NCBI GenBank assembly: GCA_963664705.1
Contig: OY761556.1
Span: 3,200,001 to 3,264,000, forward strand
Direction of reading: 5' to 3'
DNA: 64,000 bases
From: Acidobacteriota bacterium
GTDB lineage: Bacteria; Acidobacteriota; UBA6911
Shown: piece after piece, positions 11,215 to 21,538 of the stretch
Position numbering within the stretch: the first letter of the stretch is position 1
Layout: each line of letters starts with the position of its first letter
Position numbers and translations under genes: made by a program
The notes under the pieces: generated by a model
Told to the model about the DNA's origin: nothing
The model's database searches: none
What the model saw: only the letters and a program-made list of their open reading frames with translations

Positions 11215-12030
11215 ATGAACATCAAACGCCAGTTTCCTCTTTTTTTGATAGCAGCCTGCTTCCTGCTGCCATTCCCTCTGCATGCGCAACTGTCGCAAGT
11301 TCCCGCCGACCTGCCTGTTGCCCGGACCGACAGGAATTCGACAATAGCTCATGAACAACTGCTGGCGAAGGCCTCGAAGGGAAAGATCGATATCTATTTT
11401 GAGGGAGATTCAATCACGCGGCGCTGGGGTGCGACCGATTATCCGGAGCTTCTGGCGAACTGGAATCGCAATTTTTGCGGCTGGAATGCAGCCGATTTTG
11501 GATGGGGCGCAGACACGATTCAGAACATATTGTGGCGCCTCAAAAGTGGCGAATTGGACAATGTTCATCCCCGAATCATTGTCCTGCTGGCAGGGACAAA
11601 TAATGTGGGCAGCACCTTGGTTGCCGGCCAGGAGGAAGATAGAGTAACCGACATCACCAAAGGCATTGCCGCCATCTTAACCGTGATGCGGGAAAAAGCG
11701 CCCAAAGCCATCATTCTTTTGATGGGCATTTTCCCGCGCAACGACAACATGGCAGCCATCCCCATTATCAAGAAGATCAATGAAAACCTCTCCTGCCTGG
11801 CCGATGGGAAACAAATCCGATATCTGAATATCAATAACCGGCTGGCAGACGCTGAAGGCATCCTGTTCGAGGGAATGATGCATGACAAACTGCATCCAAC
11901 CGTAAAGGGGTATCAGGTTTGGGCAGATGCCTTGAAGCCTGTATTCAGTGAATTATTAGGGCCGCCCGCCAAAGAGGATCAGGCCCCTCCTCCTACGGGC
12001 GATCCCAGCAAAGCAGCCGCCAGTCAGTAG
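11215..12030 (+). CDS. Secreted SGNH/GDSL hydrolase (PAF-AH-like acetylesterase)
   Basis: GDSIT, GTNN, DKLHP motifs; signal peptide. Confidence 0.88.
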   Translation: MNIKRQFPLFLIAACFLLPFPLHAQLSQVPADLPVARTDRNSTIAHEQLLAKASKGKIDIYFEGDSITRRWGATDYPELLANWNRNFCGWNAADFGWGADTIQNILWRLKSGELDNVHPRIIVLLAGTNNVGSTLVAGQEEDRVTDITKGIAAILTVMREKAPKAIILLMGIFPRNDNMAAIPIIKKINENLSCLADGKQIRYLNINNRLADAEGILFEGMMHDKLHPTVKGYQVWADALKPVFSELLGPPAKEDQAPPPTGDPSKAAASQ

Positions 12031-12093
12031 CTGTTGACAATTGACTGGCGGCCACTGTCTGAAGACAATGGCCTACCTAATTCAGAGGACACT

Positions 12094-13362
12094 ATGAAGA
12101 AGAATGCATTGCTGATACTTTTCCTGTTCGCGTTTTCTTTGAGTGCTGTTGCGGGAGAGCACTGGGTGACCACATGGGCGGCCTCCCCGCAGGCGGCATC
12201 ATTCAACTTCCCTATGCCGAAGCAGAATACTCCGGCGCCGAAAATCGAAACTCCCGCACCCAAACCTCAGGCCCAGGGGAATCAACCCAATCCGTTCGCT
12301 CCTCCGCCCAACATCAGCAACCAGACTGTGCGGATGATTGTCCACACGAGCATCAGCGGCAAGCGTGCCCGGATCCAGCTTTCCAATGCCAATGGGACAG
12401 GCCCGTTGACAGTTGGCGCTGCGCATATTGCTCTGCGCGCCAAAGGCTCCGCGATCGTTCCGGATTCCGATCGAGTCCTTACCTTCAGCGGCAATCCTTC
12501 TATCACGATCCCACCGGGATCACCGGCCGTCAGCGATCCCCTGGATTTCCCGGTCCCCCGACATGGAGATCTTGTCCTGACGCTCTTTATTACCGGAGAG
12601 CTCACGCCGCCGACGGTTCACTTGACCGGGCTGCACACAACCTATATTTCCAAACAGGGAGACTTCTCAAAGGCTACGGAAATTACGGATGCCGTCACAA
12701 CCCAGAACTGGTATTGGATTTCCAGCGTGGATGTGCTCGCACCGGAGAAAACCTGCGCGGTTGTAGCCTTCGGTGACTCTATTACCGATGGAGCAACCTC
12801 CACTCCAGACACCGACCGAAGCTGGCCCAGTCAGCTGGCCGAACGATTGGGAACCAAAAATCAATTGGCCATTGTGAATCATGGAATATCGGGGAACCGC
12901 GTCCTCTCCGACGGCGCCGGGATATCCGCCCTTGCCCGTTTTGACCGTGATGTAATTGCTCAACCGGGGGTGAAATACCTGATAGTGCTCGAGGGAATCA
13001 ATGATATCGGTATGTCCGTCATGATGGACACTCCGCTAAAGGCGGAAGACATCATTGCCGCCCACAAACAGATGATTGAGCGAGCCCATATACATGGGAT
13101 CAAGGCCATTGGCGCTACGTTGCTGCCGTACGGAGGGGCTACCTATTATAGCGAAAAAGGAGAGGCGATCCGGCAGGCCGTGAATCAATGGATCCGGACG
13201 GGTGGAGCTTATGACGCGGTGGTGGATTTTGATGCAACGCTACGGGACGCCAAAAATCCGAGTCAAATGAATTCGGCGTATTATATCAACGATCACCTGC
13301 ACCCCAACGATGCAGGATATAAATTGATGGCGGACAGTATCGATTTATCCATCTTCAAGTAA
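12094..13362 (+). CDS. Secreted SGNH/GDSL hydrolase with N-terminal beta domain
   Basis: WVTTW N-terminus, GDSITDG, GISGN, EGINDIG, DHLHPN; RBS AGAGGA before the ATG at 12094. Confidence 0.88.
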   Translation: MKKNALLILFLFAFSLSAVAGEHWVTTWAASPQAASFNFPMPKQNTPAPKIETPAPKPQAQGNQPNPFAPPPNISNQTVRMIVHTSISGKRARIQLSNANGTGPLTVGAAHIALRAKGSAIVPDSDRVLTFSGNPSITIPPGSPAVSDPLDFPVPRHGDLVLTLFITGELTPPTVHLTGLHTTYISKQGDFSKATEITDAVTTQNWYWISSVDVLAPEKTCAVVAFGDSITDGATSTPDTDRSWPSQLAERLGTKNQLAIVNHGISGNRVLSDGAGISALARFDRDVIAQPGVKYLIVLEGINDIGMSVMMDTPLKAEDIIAAHKQMIERAHIHGIKAIGATLLPYGGATYYSEKGEAIRQAVNQWIRTGGAYDAVVDFDATLRDAKNPSQMNSAYYINDHLHPNDAGYKLMADSIDLSIFK

Positions 13363-13442
13363 AACCATCCACGGCGCGAATGCACTCCCTTCTCAAGCCT
13401 TCGCGCCGTGCGTTCCAAACAATGGTAGCCATGGGCCTTTCC

Positions 13443-15239
13443 ATGAACAGCCGCAGACTGGGATTATCTCTCGCTCCCCTCCTCGTATTGTTGATTGGAT
13501 TTTCCAGCGCTAAAACACCGGTCAATTCGGAGCTTCCCGGACAATACTTCCCTGCGGACGGAGCGGCAAACATAAACCCGGATGCTCATCTGCAGATAAC
13601 GTTCCAAAGCCCGCCTGTACTTGGAAAGGCCGGGCAGATTCGCATTTATGATGCAGCCGATCATCGCCTGGTCGATCTTCTCGATCTCGGAATTCCACCC
13701 GGCCCAACAGCCGCTACGCCATCTCCTGCCGCTGTCTATACACCGGCTCCCTATGAATACGGTCGCGGCCACTTCACAAATGCAAACACAAAACCGGGGA
13801 CGCCCTCCGGTGGAGCCCTGGCTGATCCTGAAAAATATCAGCTATCCATCATTGGCGGATTTACCGATGGCTTCCACTTTTATCCCGTTATCATCCATGA
13901 GAATACGGCCACCATTTATCCACACAACAATCTCCTTCAATATGGAAGAACCTACTACGTGGAAATGGATCCTGGAGTCCTGAATCTGAAAGACGGAAGC
14001 TTCCATGGGATCGCGGGTAATGGCGGTTGGACATTCTCGACAAAAAAGCGCGCACCTCGCGCCAATTATTCAAGACTCGTGGTCAGCGCCGATGGCACGG
14101 GAGACTTTAGCACCCTCCAGGGTGCCATCGATTTCATCCCGGACAACCATCCCTTGCCAGTACTCGTCTATGTCAAAAAGGGAGCGTACGAAGAGATCGT
14201 TTATTTTCGCAACAAAGCAAACATCACTATTCTTGGCGAAGACAGAGACCGCGTGGTTGTTTTTTATAACAACAATGAGATCTTCAACCCCCATCCTTTG
14301 AATCTGAAAACAAATGAAGTCCCGGGTACCTTCCCTTCCCGACGGGCCGCTTTCGCGGTGGATCACTGCAAAAGGATAAACCTTGTCAACCTGACGGTTA
14401 AAACGACTGCGTACGGCCAGGCAGAAGGACTGCTTTTGAATGGTGAGGAAATCATCGTCAGCAATGTCACCATTGTCGGCTCGGGAGATGCGCTTCAATC
14501 CAATGGTTCCGCTTATTTCAGCGACTGCAAAATCATAGGGGACGGAGATACCATTCTCGGACGCGGCCCGGCATTCTTCAACAATTGCCAGTTGAGTTCC
14601 ATGGGACCGTTCATGTGGATTCGCAACACAGCTGCCAATCATGGCAATGTTTTTGTGAACAGCCAGTTTGAAACCAGGGGAACAGCTCAAACTGTCATCG
14701 CCCGGGCGCCCACCAACGGAGGCAAAGATTACCCATTCAGTGAGACGGTACTGATCAACTGCCGCCTGAATGGCATCGACCCGGTTGGGTGGGGCCCCAT
14801 TGGAGGCGATACATCAAACATACGTTATTGGGAACACAACAGCACCAACCTCCGGGATGGAACACCCATAGACTCAAACCGGCGGCATCCTGCCTCCCGG
14901 CAATTGACCATGGAAAAAGATTCTGCACTTATCGCCAGGTACCAGGATCCGTCTTTTGTGCTCGGGGGATGGACACCTCAAATGGCACCGCTGATCTTGT
15001 CCCATCCACAATCCCTCGAGGCTGAGCAAGGCCGACTCGTAGTGCTCAGCGTGCTGGTCGCCGCCATCCCGAGTGCGCATTATCAGTGGCTCAAGAATGG
15101 AAGACCGATACCTGGGGCAACTGAACCGCATCTAAGGCTGGATAAGGTGCGTACCACGGATGCGGGACAATACAGTGTTTCGGTCTGGAATTCCTCGGGG
15201 AAGGCCATCAGCGATAAGGCGTTCGTACAGGTAGAATAG
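13443..15239 (+). CDS. Pectinesterase-family (CE8) protein with N- and C-terminal Ig-like domains
   Basis: VSADGTGDFSTLQGAID, GAYEE, GQAEGL, DCKIIGDGDTILG; C-terminal YQWLKNG..DAGQYSV I-set Ig; start uncertain (13380-13443). Confidence 0.78.
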   Translation: MNSRRLGLSLAPLLVLLIGFSSAKTPVNSELPGQYFPADGAANINPDAHLQITFQSPPVLGKAGQIRIYDAADHRLVDLLDLGIPPGPTAATPSPAAVYTPAPYEYGRGHFTNANTKPGTPSGGALADPEKYQLSIIGGFTDGFHFYPVIIHENTATIYPHNNLLQYGRTYYVEMDPGVLNLKDGSFHGIAGNGGWTFSTKKRAPRANYSRLVVSADGTGDFSTLQGAIDFIPDNHPLPVLVYVKKGAYEEIVYFRNKANITILGEDRDRVVVFYNNNEIFNPHPLNLKTNEVPGTFPSRRAAFAVDHCKRINLVNLTVKTTAYGQAEGLLLNGEEIIVSNVTIVGSGDALQSNGSAYFSDCKIIGDGDTILGRGPAFFNNCQLSSMGPFMWIRNTAANHGNVFVNSQFETRGTAQTVIARAPTNGGKDYPFSETVLINCRLNGIDPVGWGPIGGDTSNIRYWEHNSTNLRDGTPIDSNRRHPASRQLTMEKDSALIARYQDPSFVLGGWTPQMAPLILSHPQSLEAEQGRLVVLSVLVAAIPSAHYQWLKNGRPIPGATEPHLRLDKVRTTDAGQYSVSVWNSSGKAISDKAFVQVE

Positions 15240-15331
15240 CCCATGGTGGAGCGCCGTTGTCCCAGCGGCATCTGCGTGATGGAAGCGGCTACCTGCTGTA
15301 ACCTGGCGCGACGCCGGCTCTCCCAGTTCTT

Positions 15332-15359
15332 CAGGAATGCAAAATCTGGAATCTGAAAT
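15332..15359. repeat. Degenerate heptamer tandem (CTGGAAT-type)
   Basis: CAGGAAT GCAAAAT CTGGAAT CTGAAAT, the reverse complement of the ATTCCAG array at 42333. Confidence 0.4.
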
Positions 15360-15411
15360 CCTCCCAAAAGCATGCAGCCTTGGCCGGGATTGCGGCTCAT
15401 TCAGCCTCCGA

Positions 15412-16824
15412 TCAATTTGACTGGAAAATGGCTGAATCTACCGGCGCGACCTTCCGGCCATTTACCCGAACGCTGTCGAAATGCAACTCATGGACATTCT
15501 CCACGACATCACGCTCAGCTACGTTATGAAAGGAGCATTGCTTCAAGCGTATATTGCGGATCGGAGATCTCTGGTAGCCGCGCAAATACAATGCAAACCG
15601 ACTCTTTTCGCTGGTAACATTTACCATCTCGATATTTCTGACAGTTGGAGGATGCGGTCCGCTATCCGCCTCTTCATAAAACAGGTCTACTCTCAGCACG
15701 GCATCTGCAACCTGCCCGATCTTCACATTGCGCATGTAGACATTTTCTATAAAGCCGCCTCGCACGGAGTTGGTCTTCAAACGCAGGGCACGATCCAGAT
15801 TGGGACTATCCATGTGGCAGTTTTCGGCAAATATATTCCGAACTCCGCCGGATGCCTCGCTTCCGATTGTGACGCCGCCATGGCCATCCTTCATGCGGCA
15901 ATTGCGAATCACAATGTTTTCCGAAGGCACTCCAATACGACGTCCGTCGCGATTACGTCCCGACTTGATCGCAATGCAATCGTCGCCGGTGTCAAAAAGG
16001 CAGTCTTCAATAAGTACGTCCCGGCTCGATTCCGGATTACAGCCGTCGTTGTTCGGACCATGGCTGTTCATGGTTACTCCCCGTACAGTAACATTTGTGC
16101 AGAGCACGGGGTGAACCTGCCACATCGGTGAATTATGAATCGTGACCCCTTCAATCAATACATTTCGGCACTTATTCAACTGCACGAAATTGGGTCGAAG
16201 GGAGCTTCCCTCTCCAAAAATGCGTTCTGCCACAGGCGTATCAGTCTCCCCCATCTGAAACAACCGTTTGCGGGCTGCAGCCTGGCTGGGTCCATTGGGG
16301 CTGCCGGTCCAATTCCACCAATGCTCCCGGTCTGCCTGCCCGTCAAGAATCCCTTCTCCGGTCACAGCAACATTTTCCTGTTCGAAGGCATAGACAAACG
16401 GGGAATAATTCATGCACTCCACCCCCTCCCAGCGCGTATGGACAGCCGGAAGATAATGCTGCGGGTTGCGGCTGAACCGAAGGACTGCGCCTTTTGAGAC
16501 ATGCAATGCCACATTGCTGCGAAGCTGGACAGATCCTGTCAAATAATCACCGGCAGGCACCACGACACGTCCGCCCCCCGCGCGATTGCATGCCTTGATT
16601 GCCATTCTTATTGCTTCGCTGCAATCCTGAATCCCGCCTGATATCGCCCCAAATTCGGTGATCATCCAATCGCGTTTAGGGAAAACGGGGGCTTTGATCC
16701 GGGATAGAATCGAAGGAACAGATTTCCAGCCTTCTTCCGCCCTGCACGATACAGGCAGAAACACAAAGGCTCCACAGGCCATCCCGGAAGAATTCAGAAA
16801 GGCTCTTCGGCTTAGTATTGTCAT
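15412..16824 (-). CDS. GH28 polygalacturonase with Tat signal
   Basis: SRRAFL twin-arginine motif; NNDG, GDD, GHG, RLKT catalytic motifs. Confidence 0.92.
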   Translation of the reverse strand: MTILSRRAFLNSSGMACGAFVFLPVSCRAEEGWKSVPSILSRIKAPVFPKRDWMITEFGAISGGIQDCSEAIRMAIKACNRAGGGRVVVPAGDYLTGSVQLRSNVALHVSKGAVLRFSRNPQHYLPAVHTRWEGVECMNYSPFVYAFEQENVAVTGEGILDGQADREHWWNWTGSPNGPSQAAARKRLFQMGETDTPVAERIFGEGSSLRPNFVQLNKCRNVLIEGVTIHNSPMWQVHPVLCTNVTVRGVTMNSHGPNNDGCNPESSRDVLIEDCLFDTGDDCIAIKSGRNRDGRRIGVPSENIVIRNCRMKDGHGGVTIGSEASGGVRNIFAENCHMDSPNLDRALRLKTNSVRGGFIENVYMRNVKIGQVADAVLRVDLFYEEADSGPHPPTVRNIEMVNVTSEKSRFALYLRGYQRSPIRNIRLKQCSFHNVAERDVVENVHELHFDSVRVNGRKVAPVDSAIFQSN

Positions 16825-16979
16825 TCAGCTGCCTCCGGCAATCGAATTGCAATCGGGCTGTCAAATCTACGTGATTTTCTTGAGCCCTATTCTCGTTATA
16901 CAGTAGGATCATATATCGATAATGAGATCGAAAATAAAACTATATCGGGCAGACCAAATTACAAGCCACGGGAATTGCC

Positions 16980-17399
16980 ATGACAGCCGAAGAGAACAAG
17001 AAAATTGTGCGTGAGTTTTATGCGGTAGTTTTTGGGGGACGCGATCTGAGCGCCGTGGATCGCTTCATGCATGACGATTATGTTCAACACAATCCTGATG
17101 CAGACCAGGGCAGAAAGGGATTCATTGAATTCCACATCGGTTTTTTCTCCGCAATCCCGGACTTCCGCGCAACCATCAACGAAATCGTCGCGGATGACGA
17201 TCTGGTGTTTGTCTATAATACAATTACCGGAACTCACACCGGCGAGGGCTTTCTCAGCTATCGGCCAACCGGCAATAAAATCAGGTTTGACACGGTGGAT
17301 ATGTTTCGGCTGCGCGACGGGAAACTCTGCGAGCACTGGGATGTAGCCGACACAAGAGCTCTTTTCACTCAGGTCGGCGGAATCAAGCAAGCGCCATAA
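16980..17399 (+). CDS. SnoaL-like/ester cyclase (NTF2 fold)
   Basis: NKKIVREFY, YVQHNP, GTHTG, DGKLCEHWDV. Confidence 0.85.
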   Translation: MTAEENKKIVREFYAVVFGGRDLSAVDRFMHDDYVQHNPDADQGRKGFIEFHIGFFSAIPDFRATINEIVADDDLVFVYNTITGTHTGEGFLSYRPTGNKIRFDTVDMFRLRDGKLCEHWDVADTRALFTQVGGIKQAP

Positions 17400-17401
17400 C
17401 A

Positions 17402-17445
17402 TCGGGAAATCCGCAGCGCATTCACTGTTGCCACGAATTTCCCGA
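17402..17445. repeat. REP-like palindrome between convergent genes
   Basis: TCGGGAAATCCGCAGC-12nt-GCCACGAATTTCCCGA, same family as 2978-3017. Confidence 0.55.
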
Positions 17446-17479
17446 ATTGCGCTAAACTACCGATTTCAACACACCGATA

Positions 17480-18409
17480 TTACGGCAGCCCGGTGCCAAT
17501 TCCTAACTCTTTCAACCAAAAAGCGCATTCATTCGTCCATGGATGGCGGCTGGCGGGATCCCATTGAGCGCTACCCAGGCCCATGCCATGAGCACCTTTG
17601 GGATAAATGTGCATCGAAAATGGAACTCCATTGCGGCGGAGGGCGGCAGCAAATTCAAGAGTGTTTTCAACCTTCACCGCCGAGTCTTCAAATGTATGGA
17701 AGATAAATACCGGAGGGCCGTCCTTCTTCACCTGCTTTTCATTCGACAATAATTCAATAAGCCCAGGATCAGGATTGTCCCCCAGAAGGTTGCGCCTGGA
17801 GCCTTCATGTGTATTCGGTCCCATGGTGATGACGGGATAGCACAGAATTCCATAATCCGGTCGCGAACTGACACGTTCCACCGGATCGCCGCTTCCCGCA
17901 TTCCCCAAGTCAAAATGAGTCAGGGCAGTGGCCGCAAGATGCCCGCCCGCGGATGACCCCATCACTCCTATGCGATTGGGATTCAATCCCCATTTTTCCG
18001 CATTGGCTCGAACATAGCGGATCGCTCGCTGCACATCCTGCATCATGGCGGGATGCCGGTAGCCACCGGTGCCCAGTCGGTACTTCAAAACGAATCCGGC
18101 AATTCCCTGCTCATTCAACCACATCGCATAATGGCTGCCTTCATGCGGCGCAAGAGCTCCATATCCGCCACCGGGACAAATAATGATTGCGGCTCCGGTC
18201 GCTTTTGCGGGCAGGGCAATGAAAGGCGTCAGCGTCGGAATATCCTTTGCATCCTTGCCGAGAGAACCAGGGGCATCTCCCGTCCATAGAGGGAATTCAT
18301 AACGCGGAGGGCCCGACTGTCCCTGCGCAAAAACCGTGGTGACCATCCCGGTTGTGCGGATAAAAATGAACGCACCAAATAAGCAGAGATGCCTCGTGAA
18401 TGTCTTCAT
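17480..18409 (-). CDS. Secreted alpha/beta hydrolase (acetyl/feruloyl esterase-like)
   Basis: PGGGY oxyanion motif, GSSAGG nucleophile, D..V, HGMG; signal peptide. Confidence 0.85.
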   Translation of the reverse strand: MKTFTRHLCLFGAFIFIRTTGMVTTVFAQGQSGPPRYEFPLWTGDAPGSLGKDAKDIPTLTPFIALPAKATGAAIIICPGGGYGALAPHEGSHYAMWLNEQGIAGFVLKYRLGTGGYRHPAMMQDVQRAIRYVRANAEKWGLNPNRIGVMGSSAGGHLAATALTHFDLGNAGSGDPVERVSSRPDYGILCYPVITMGPNTHEGSRRNLLGDNPDPGLIELLSNEKQVKKDGPPVFIFHTFEDSAVKVENTLEFAAALRRNGVPFSMHIYPKGAHGMGLGSAQWDPASRHPWTNECAFWLKELGIGTGLP

Positions 18410-18594
18410 TTGTCATCCTCCGGTCCAATCCGTCAGGACAGATATGTGCATTTGAATGAAGCGCAAGACTATCATGCCCGCTGCAATTCGGGGAATTCTT
18501 TTGAACAGCGGATCTCTCATCTGATTCCTGATATAATCAAAGCACTCTAGAAAAGATATTCAGATCGAATCCAGAAAAACTGCCAGAGGTTATT

Positions 18595-20019
18595 GTGAAC
18601 ATGACGAAAGCTCAGATGTCTGCTCCCATTCCGGTTCACGCGTTGATTTCAGTGCTGTTGTTGACGATCTGCTTCACATCTCTTTTGCAGGCGCAGGATG
18701 ATTACAGGATCACGGTCAACGCGGCGATGGTTTCCACCGATGTAACCATTATCGGCACGCCTGCCTCCTCCCTTAGGCCGGAAGACTTTATCGTTTATGA
18801 TAATGAGGTCCAACAGCCCATCAGCCACTTTTCCCGGGACCAGATTCCACTGGCGATCGCCATCGTCGTTGACAGAAGTCTGACGGTGCAACCCTATATG
18901 CCGATGCTGCAGATGGCCGCCATATCTTCGCTGCGTCGCCTGAAGCCCGAGGACCAGGTGGCCCTGTTTGCCTTCGATTACAATGTACAGAAACTCGCGG
19001 ATCTTACGGAGGACCGATCCCTTATCGCGGAGAAGATCGGAAAGATACAGAATCAGCTTGGCACCAATATTTACGATGCCATTTGCGATTCGGCGCATTA
19101 CCTGAAGAAGAAGGCGCCGCAATATCGTCGGGCTCTGATTTTGATTTCAGACAACATACTTTATGGGAATAAAAGGCCCAAAGAAGCCCGGCAGGAACTG
19201 CTGGAAGCGGCGACCGCTCTCTACAACATCAAAACACCGCCGATCTTTGGCTTTGGAATCGAAGGGGAAAAGAACAAGAGAAGCCTCGCTGAAACAGACG
19301 CGGAAATCAAGCGCATGATTGAAGAAACCGGCGGCCAGGCTTTCGATATGAAATCCGGGATCTCCATCCAGTCTGCTCTGGATAAGGTCATCAACGATTT
19401 GCGGACACAGTATACGATCGGATTCAACCCATCCAATCCAGGAGCAAGTGGCAGTTTCCACCGGTTGGCCGTGAAACTCGCCGTTCCGGAACGATGTCCC
19501 GGTTGCCAACTGCTTACACGCAGCGGTTATCTCTCTGGCGTATCCGCACCCTTGCCTTCCGCGAGGTCTAATCCAAAGCCGCTGCAAGCGGGAGAACAAA
19601 AGCCGGAGAAATCGCTGATTGAGCGGAATATGCTCATTGCGGCAAATTCCAGCCTCGAATTGAAAGATATTCCATTTACGGTAAAGGTTGGTGAACAGCA
19701 GGACTCGAAAGAACAGCCGCAGATCAAGGTAGATCTGCAGATTGATTTCAGAAGAGTTGAATTCAAGCATAACGGTAATACGCACGACTGTAAGCTGCGC
19801 ATTGCCGCCTTCTATGTCGACTCGAAGGGAAAGCTGCTCGGCTCGGATTGGCGGGTCCTTGAAGGACAGTTGAAAGATGAGACCTATAACCAGGCTCTGC
19901 AAGCAGGAGTTTCGTTCTCTTTGACGGTTCCCCTCAAAGAGTCCAAGCAGATCATCAAAGTCGTCGTATACGACGAACTAAGCGACAAAGCGGGAAGTCA
20001 TTTGCTTCGTCTGCCGTGA
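18595..20019 (+). CDS. Secreted VWA-domain protein (Acidobacterial VWFA-related)
   Basis: EDFIVYDNEVQQPI, DRSLT MIDAS-like, TNIYDAI, LISD, ETGG, QYTIGF. Confidence 0.82.
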   Translation: MNMTKAQMSAPIPVHALISVLLLTICFTSLLQAQDDYRITVNAAMVSTDVTIIGTPASSLRPEDFIVYDNEVQQPISHFSRDQIPLAIAIVVDRSLTVQPYMPMLQMAAISSLRRLKPEDQVALFAFDYNVQKLADLTEDRSLIAEKIGKIQNQLGTNIYDAICDSAHYLKKKAPQYRRALILISDNILYGNKRPKEARQELLEAATALYNIKTPPIFGFGIEGEKNKRSLAETDAEIKRMIEETGGQAFDMKSGISIQSALDKVINDLRTQYTIGFNPSNPGASGSFHRLAVKLAVPERCPGCQLLTRSGYLSGVSAPLPSARSNPKPLQAGEQKPEKSLIERNMLIAANSSLELKDIPFTVKVGEQQDSKEQPQIKVDLQIDFRRVEFKHNGNTHDCKLRIAAFYVDSKGKLLGSDWRVLEGQLKDETYNQALQAGVSFSLTVPLKESKQIIKVVVYDELSDKAGSHLLRLP

Positions 20020-20050
20020 GGGGCTCCACTTTAGGATCTGCAGTATTTTT

Positions 20051-20085
20051 GTGAGACCTGTGACAAGGTCTGCCACAGGTCTCAC
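20051..20085. terminator. Hairpin between convergent genes
   Basis: GTGAGACCTGTGACA-5nt-TGCCACAGGTCTCAC, 14/15 paired. Confidence 0.6.
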
Positions 20086-20099
20086 CAGTCTATTCAAGG

Positions 20100-21500
20100 C
20101 TAATTCGCTTTATAGCCAAAAAAGGCCCGCTCGCTGATCAATTTGGCGACCTCCGGCGGCACAAGCGTCTTCCACCGGGGATCCCCCTCCTGGAGCATTT
20201 TCAGCACATTGCGCGGATAAATTCCCAACAGCGCCTTGTTATAGGAGGTGATCGGTTTGATCAGACCGCTTTCCACCAGATACAAATACAGGTGCTGCAG
20301 TTGGGGGGCCACAATGAGATTTGTTACCGAAACAACGGCTCCATCCGGTTCCAGGGCGGGATATACCAGCATTTTAATGCCGATTTTGAAAAGCTTTCCA
20401 AACGCTTCAAGAATTCCGCCCTCGAGGTCGGCATAGTATTTCTCTTCAAATACCTGCGCAAGAACGGGCACTCCAAGGATAATGCCAATTCGCCTTATTT
20501 TGAAATTGTGCAGATACATGGCAACGCCATAAAAATGCGCGACATTCGTGATCAGAACCATTTTCCCGAGCTTTTCCAGCAATGTAGCCCGCGCAAGAAA
20601 ATCGGCTGCATCAATGCCGGAATCGCCCATGAGATTGTGAAGGGACATCTCCATCAGGACAATCGGTTCAGCCCCAGGCGGCCCATTTTGAGCAAACTCA
20701 GAGGATCCCTTCTCCAGCATGTCCATCATCGTATTGGTGACTGGCCTGAATCCGCCTCTTAGAATGAGAACATCTTTCCCATAGAGGATCTCTCCGGGCG
20801 AAACAGCAACACCGTCTGCCGTGAACATCGCCGCATCCGACAATCCCTGAACGACAAGCTGCAGGCTCATCAGCCTTGGATCCAGGTGCTCAAAGCACGG
20901 CCCCGCGAAGCTGATCATGTCAATCTCGACCTCTTTCCGGGTCAGATCGTCGACCAGGGAATTCATCAGTTTCTCCGGGTTATCGTTCAGGTAGAAAGCC
21001 GAATACATGAGGTTGACGCCAACAATTCCCAAGGCTTCCTGCTGGCGCGTGCTCTCAAGATCGAGCAGTCGGACATGGATTATGATCTCACTTGGTTGGC
21101 TGCGGGGATGGGACTGGAATCGAATACCTATCCATCCATGCCCTTCCTCAGGCCTGGAGTGGCTGCGAATGGCAACGGTATTGGCAAAAGCGAAAAAGGT
21201 ATTGGTGGCACCACGTTTTTCATCCAGCCGCTCAATCAGAAGGGAGTATTCATGATCCAGCATCGAATTCAAGCGTTCCCGGCTTACATAGTGATCCGCG
21301 GGTCCATATATCGCATCACTTACCGCCATATCGTAGGCGGATATGGTCTTCGCCACTGTGTTGGCGGCACCCCCGACACGAAAGAACCAACGGGCGGTCT
21401 CCTGTCCGGCTCCGATCTCTGCAAGCGTGCCGTGAACAAGCTTATCCAGATTGATTTTGAGCGCCTTGCCATTCGTTGTGTGCTGTTCGTTGAGAGCCAT
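20100..21500 (-). CDS. Uncharacterised protein with C-terminal nucleotidyltransferase (NMNAT/HIGH-like) fold
   Basis: GTLAEIGAGQE..FRVGGAANTVAKTISAYDM N-domain; RGGFRPVT and GDPRWKTLVPPEVA resemble NMN adenylyltransferases; RBS AAGGAG before 21500. Confidence 0.65.
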   Translation of the reverse strand: MALNEQHTTNGKALKINLDKLVHGTLAEIGAGQETARWFFRVGGAANTVAKTISAYDMAVSDAIYGPADHYVSRERLNSMLDHEYSLLIERLDEKRGATNTFFAFANTVAIRSHSRPEEGHGWIGIRFQSHPRSQPSEIIIHVRLLDLESTRQQEALGIVGVNLMYSAFYLNDNPEKLMNSLVDDLTRKEVEIDMISFAGPCFEHLDPRLMSLQLVVQGLSDAAMFTADGVAVSPGEILYGKDVLILRGGFRPVTNTMMDMLEKGSSEFAQNGPPGAEPIVLMEMSLHNLMGDSGIDAADFLARATLLEKLGKMVLITNVAHFYGVAMYLHNFKIRRIGIILGVPVLAQVFEEKYYADLEGGILEAFGKLFKIGIKMLVYPALEPDGAVVSVTNLIVAPQLQHLYLYLVESGLIKPITSYNKALLGIYPRNVLKMLQEGDPRWKTLVPPEVAKLISERAFFGYKAN

Positions 21501-21538
21501 AATCTCTCCTTTCGCCCCGATGAAAGGCTCCACACCGT

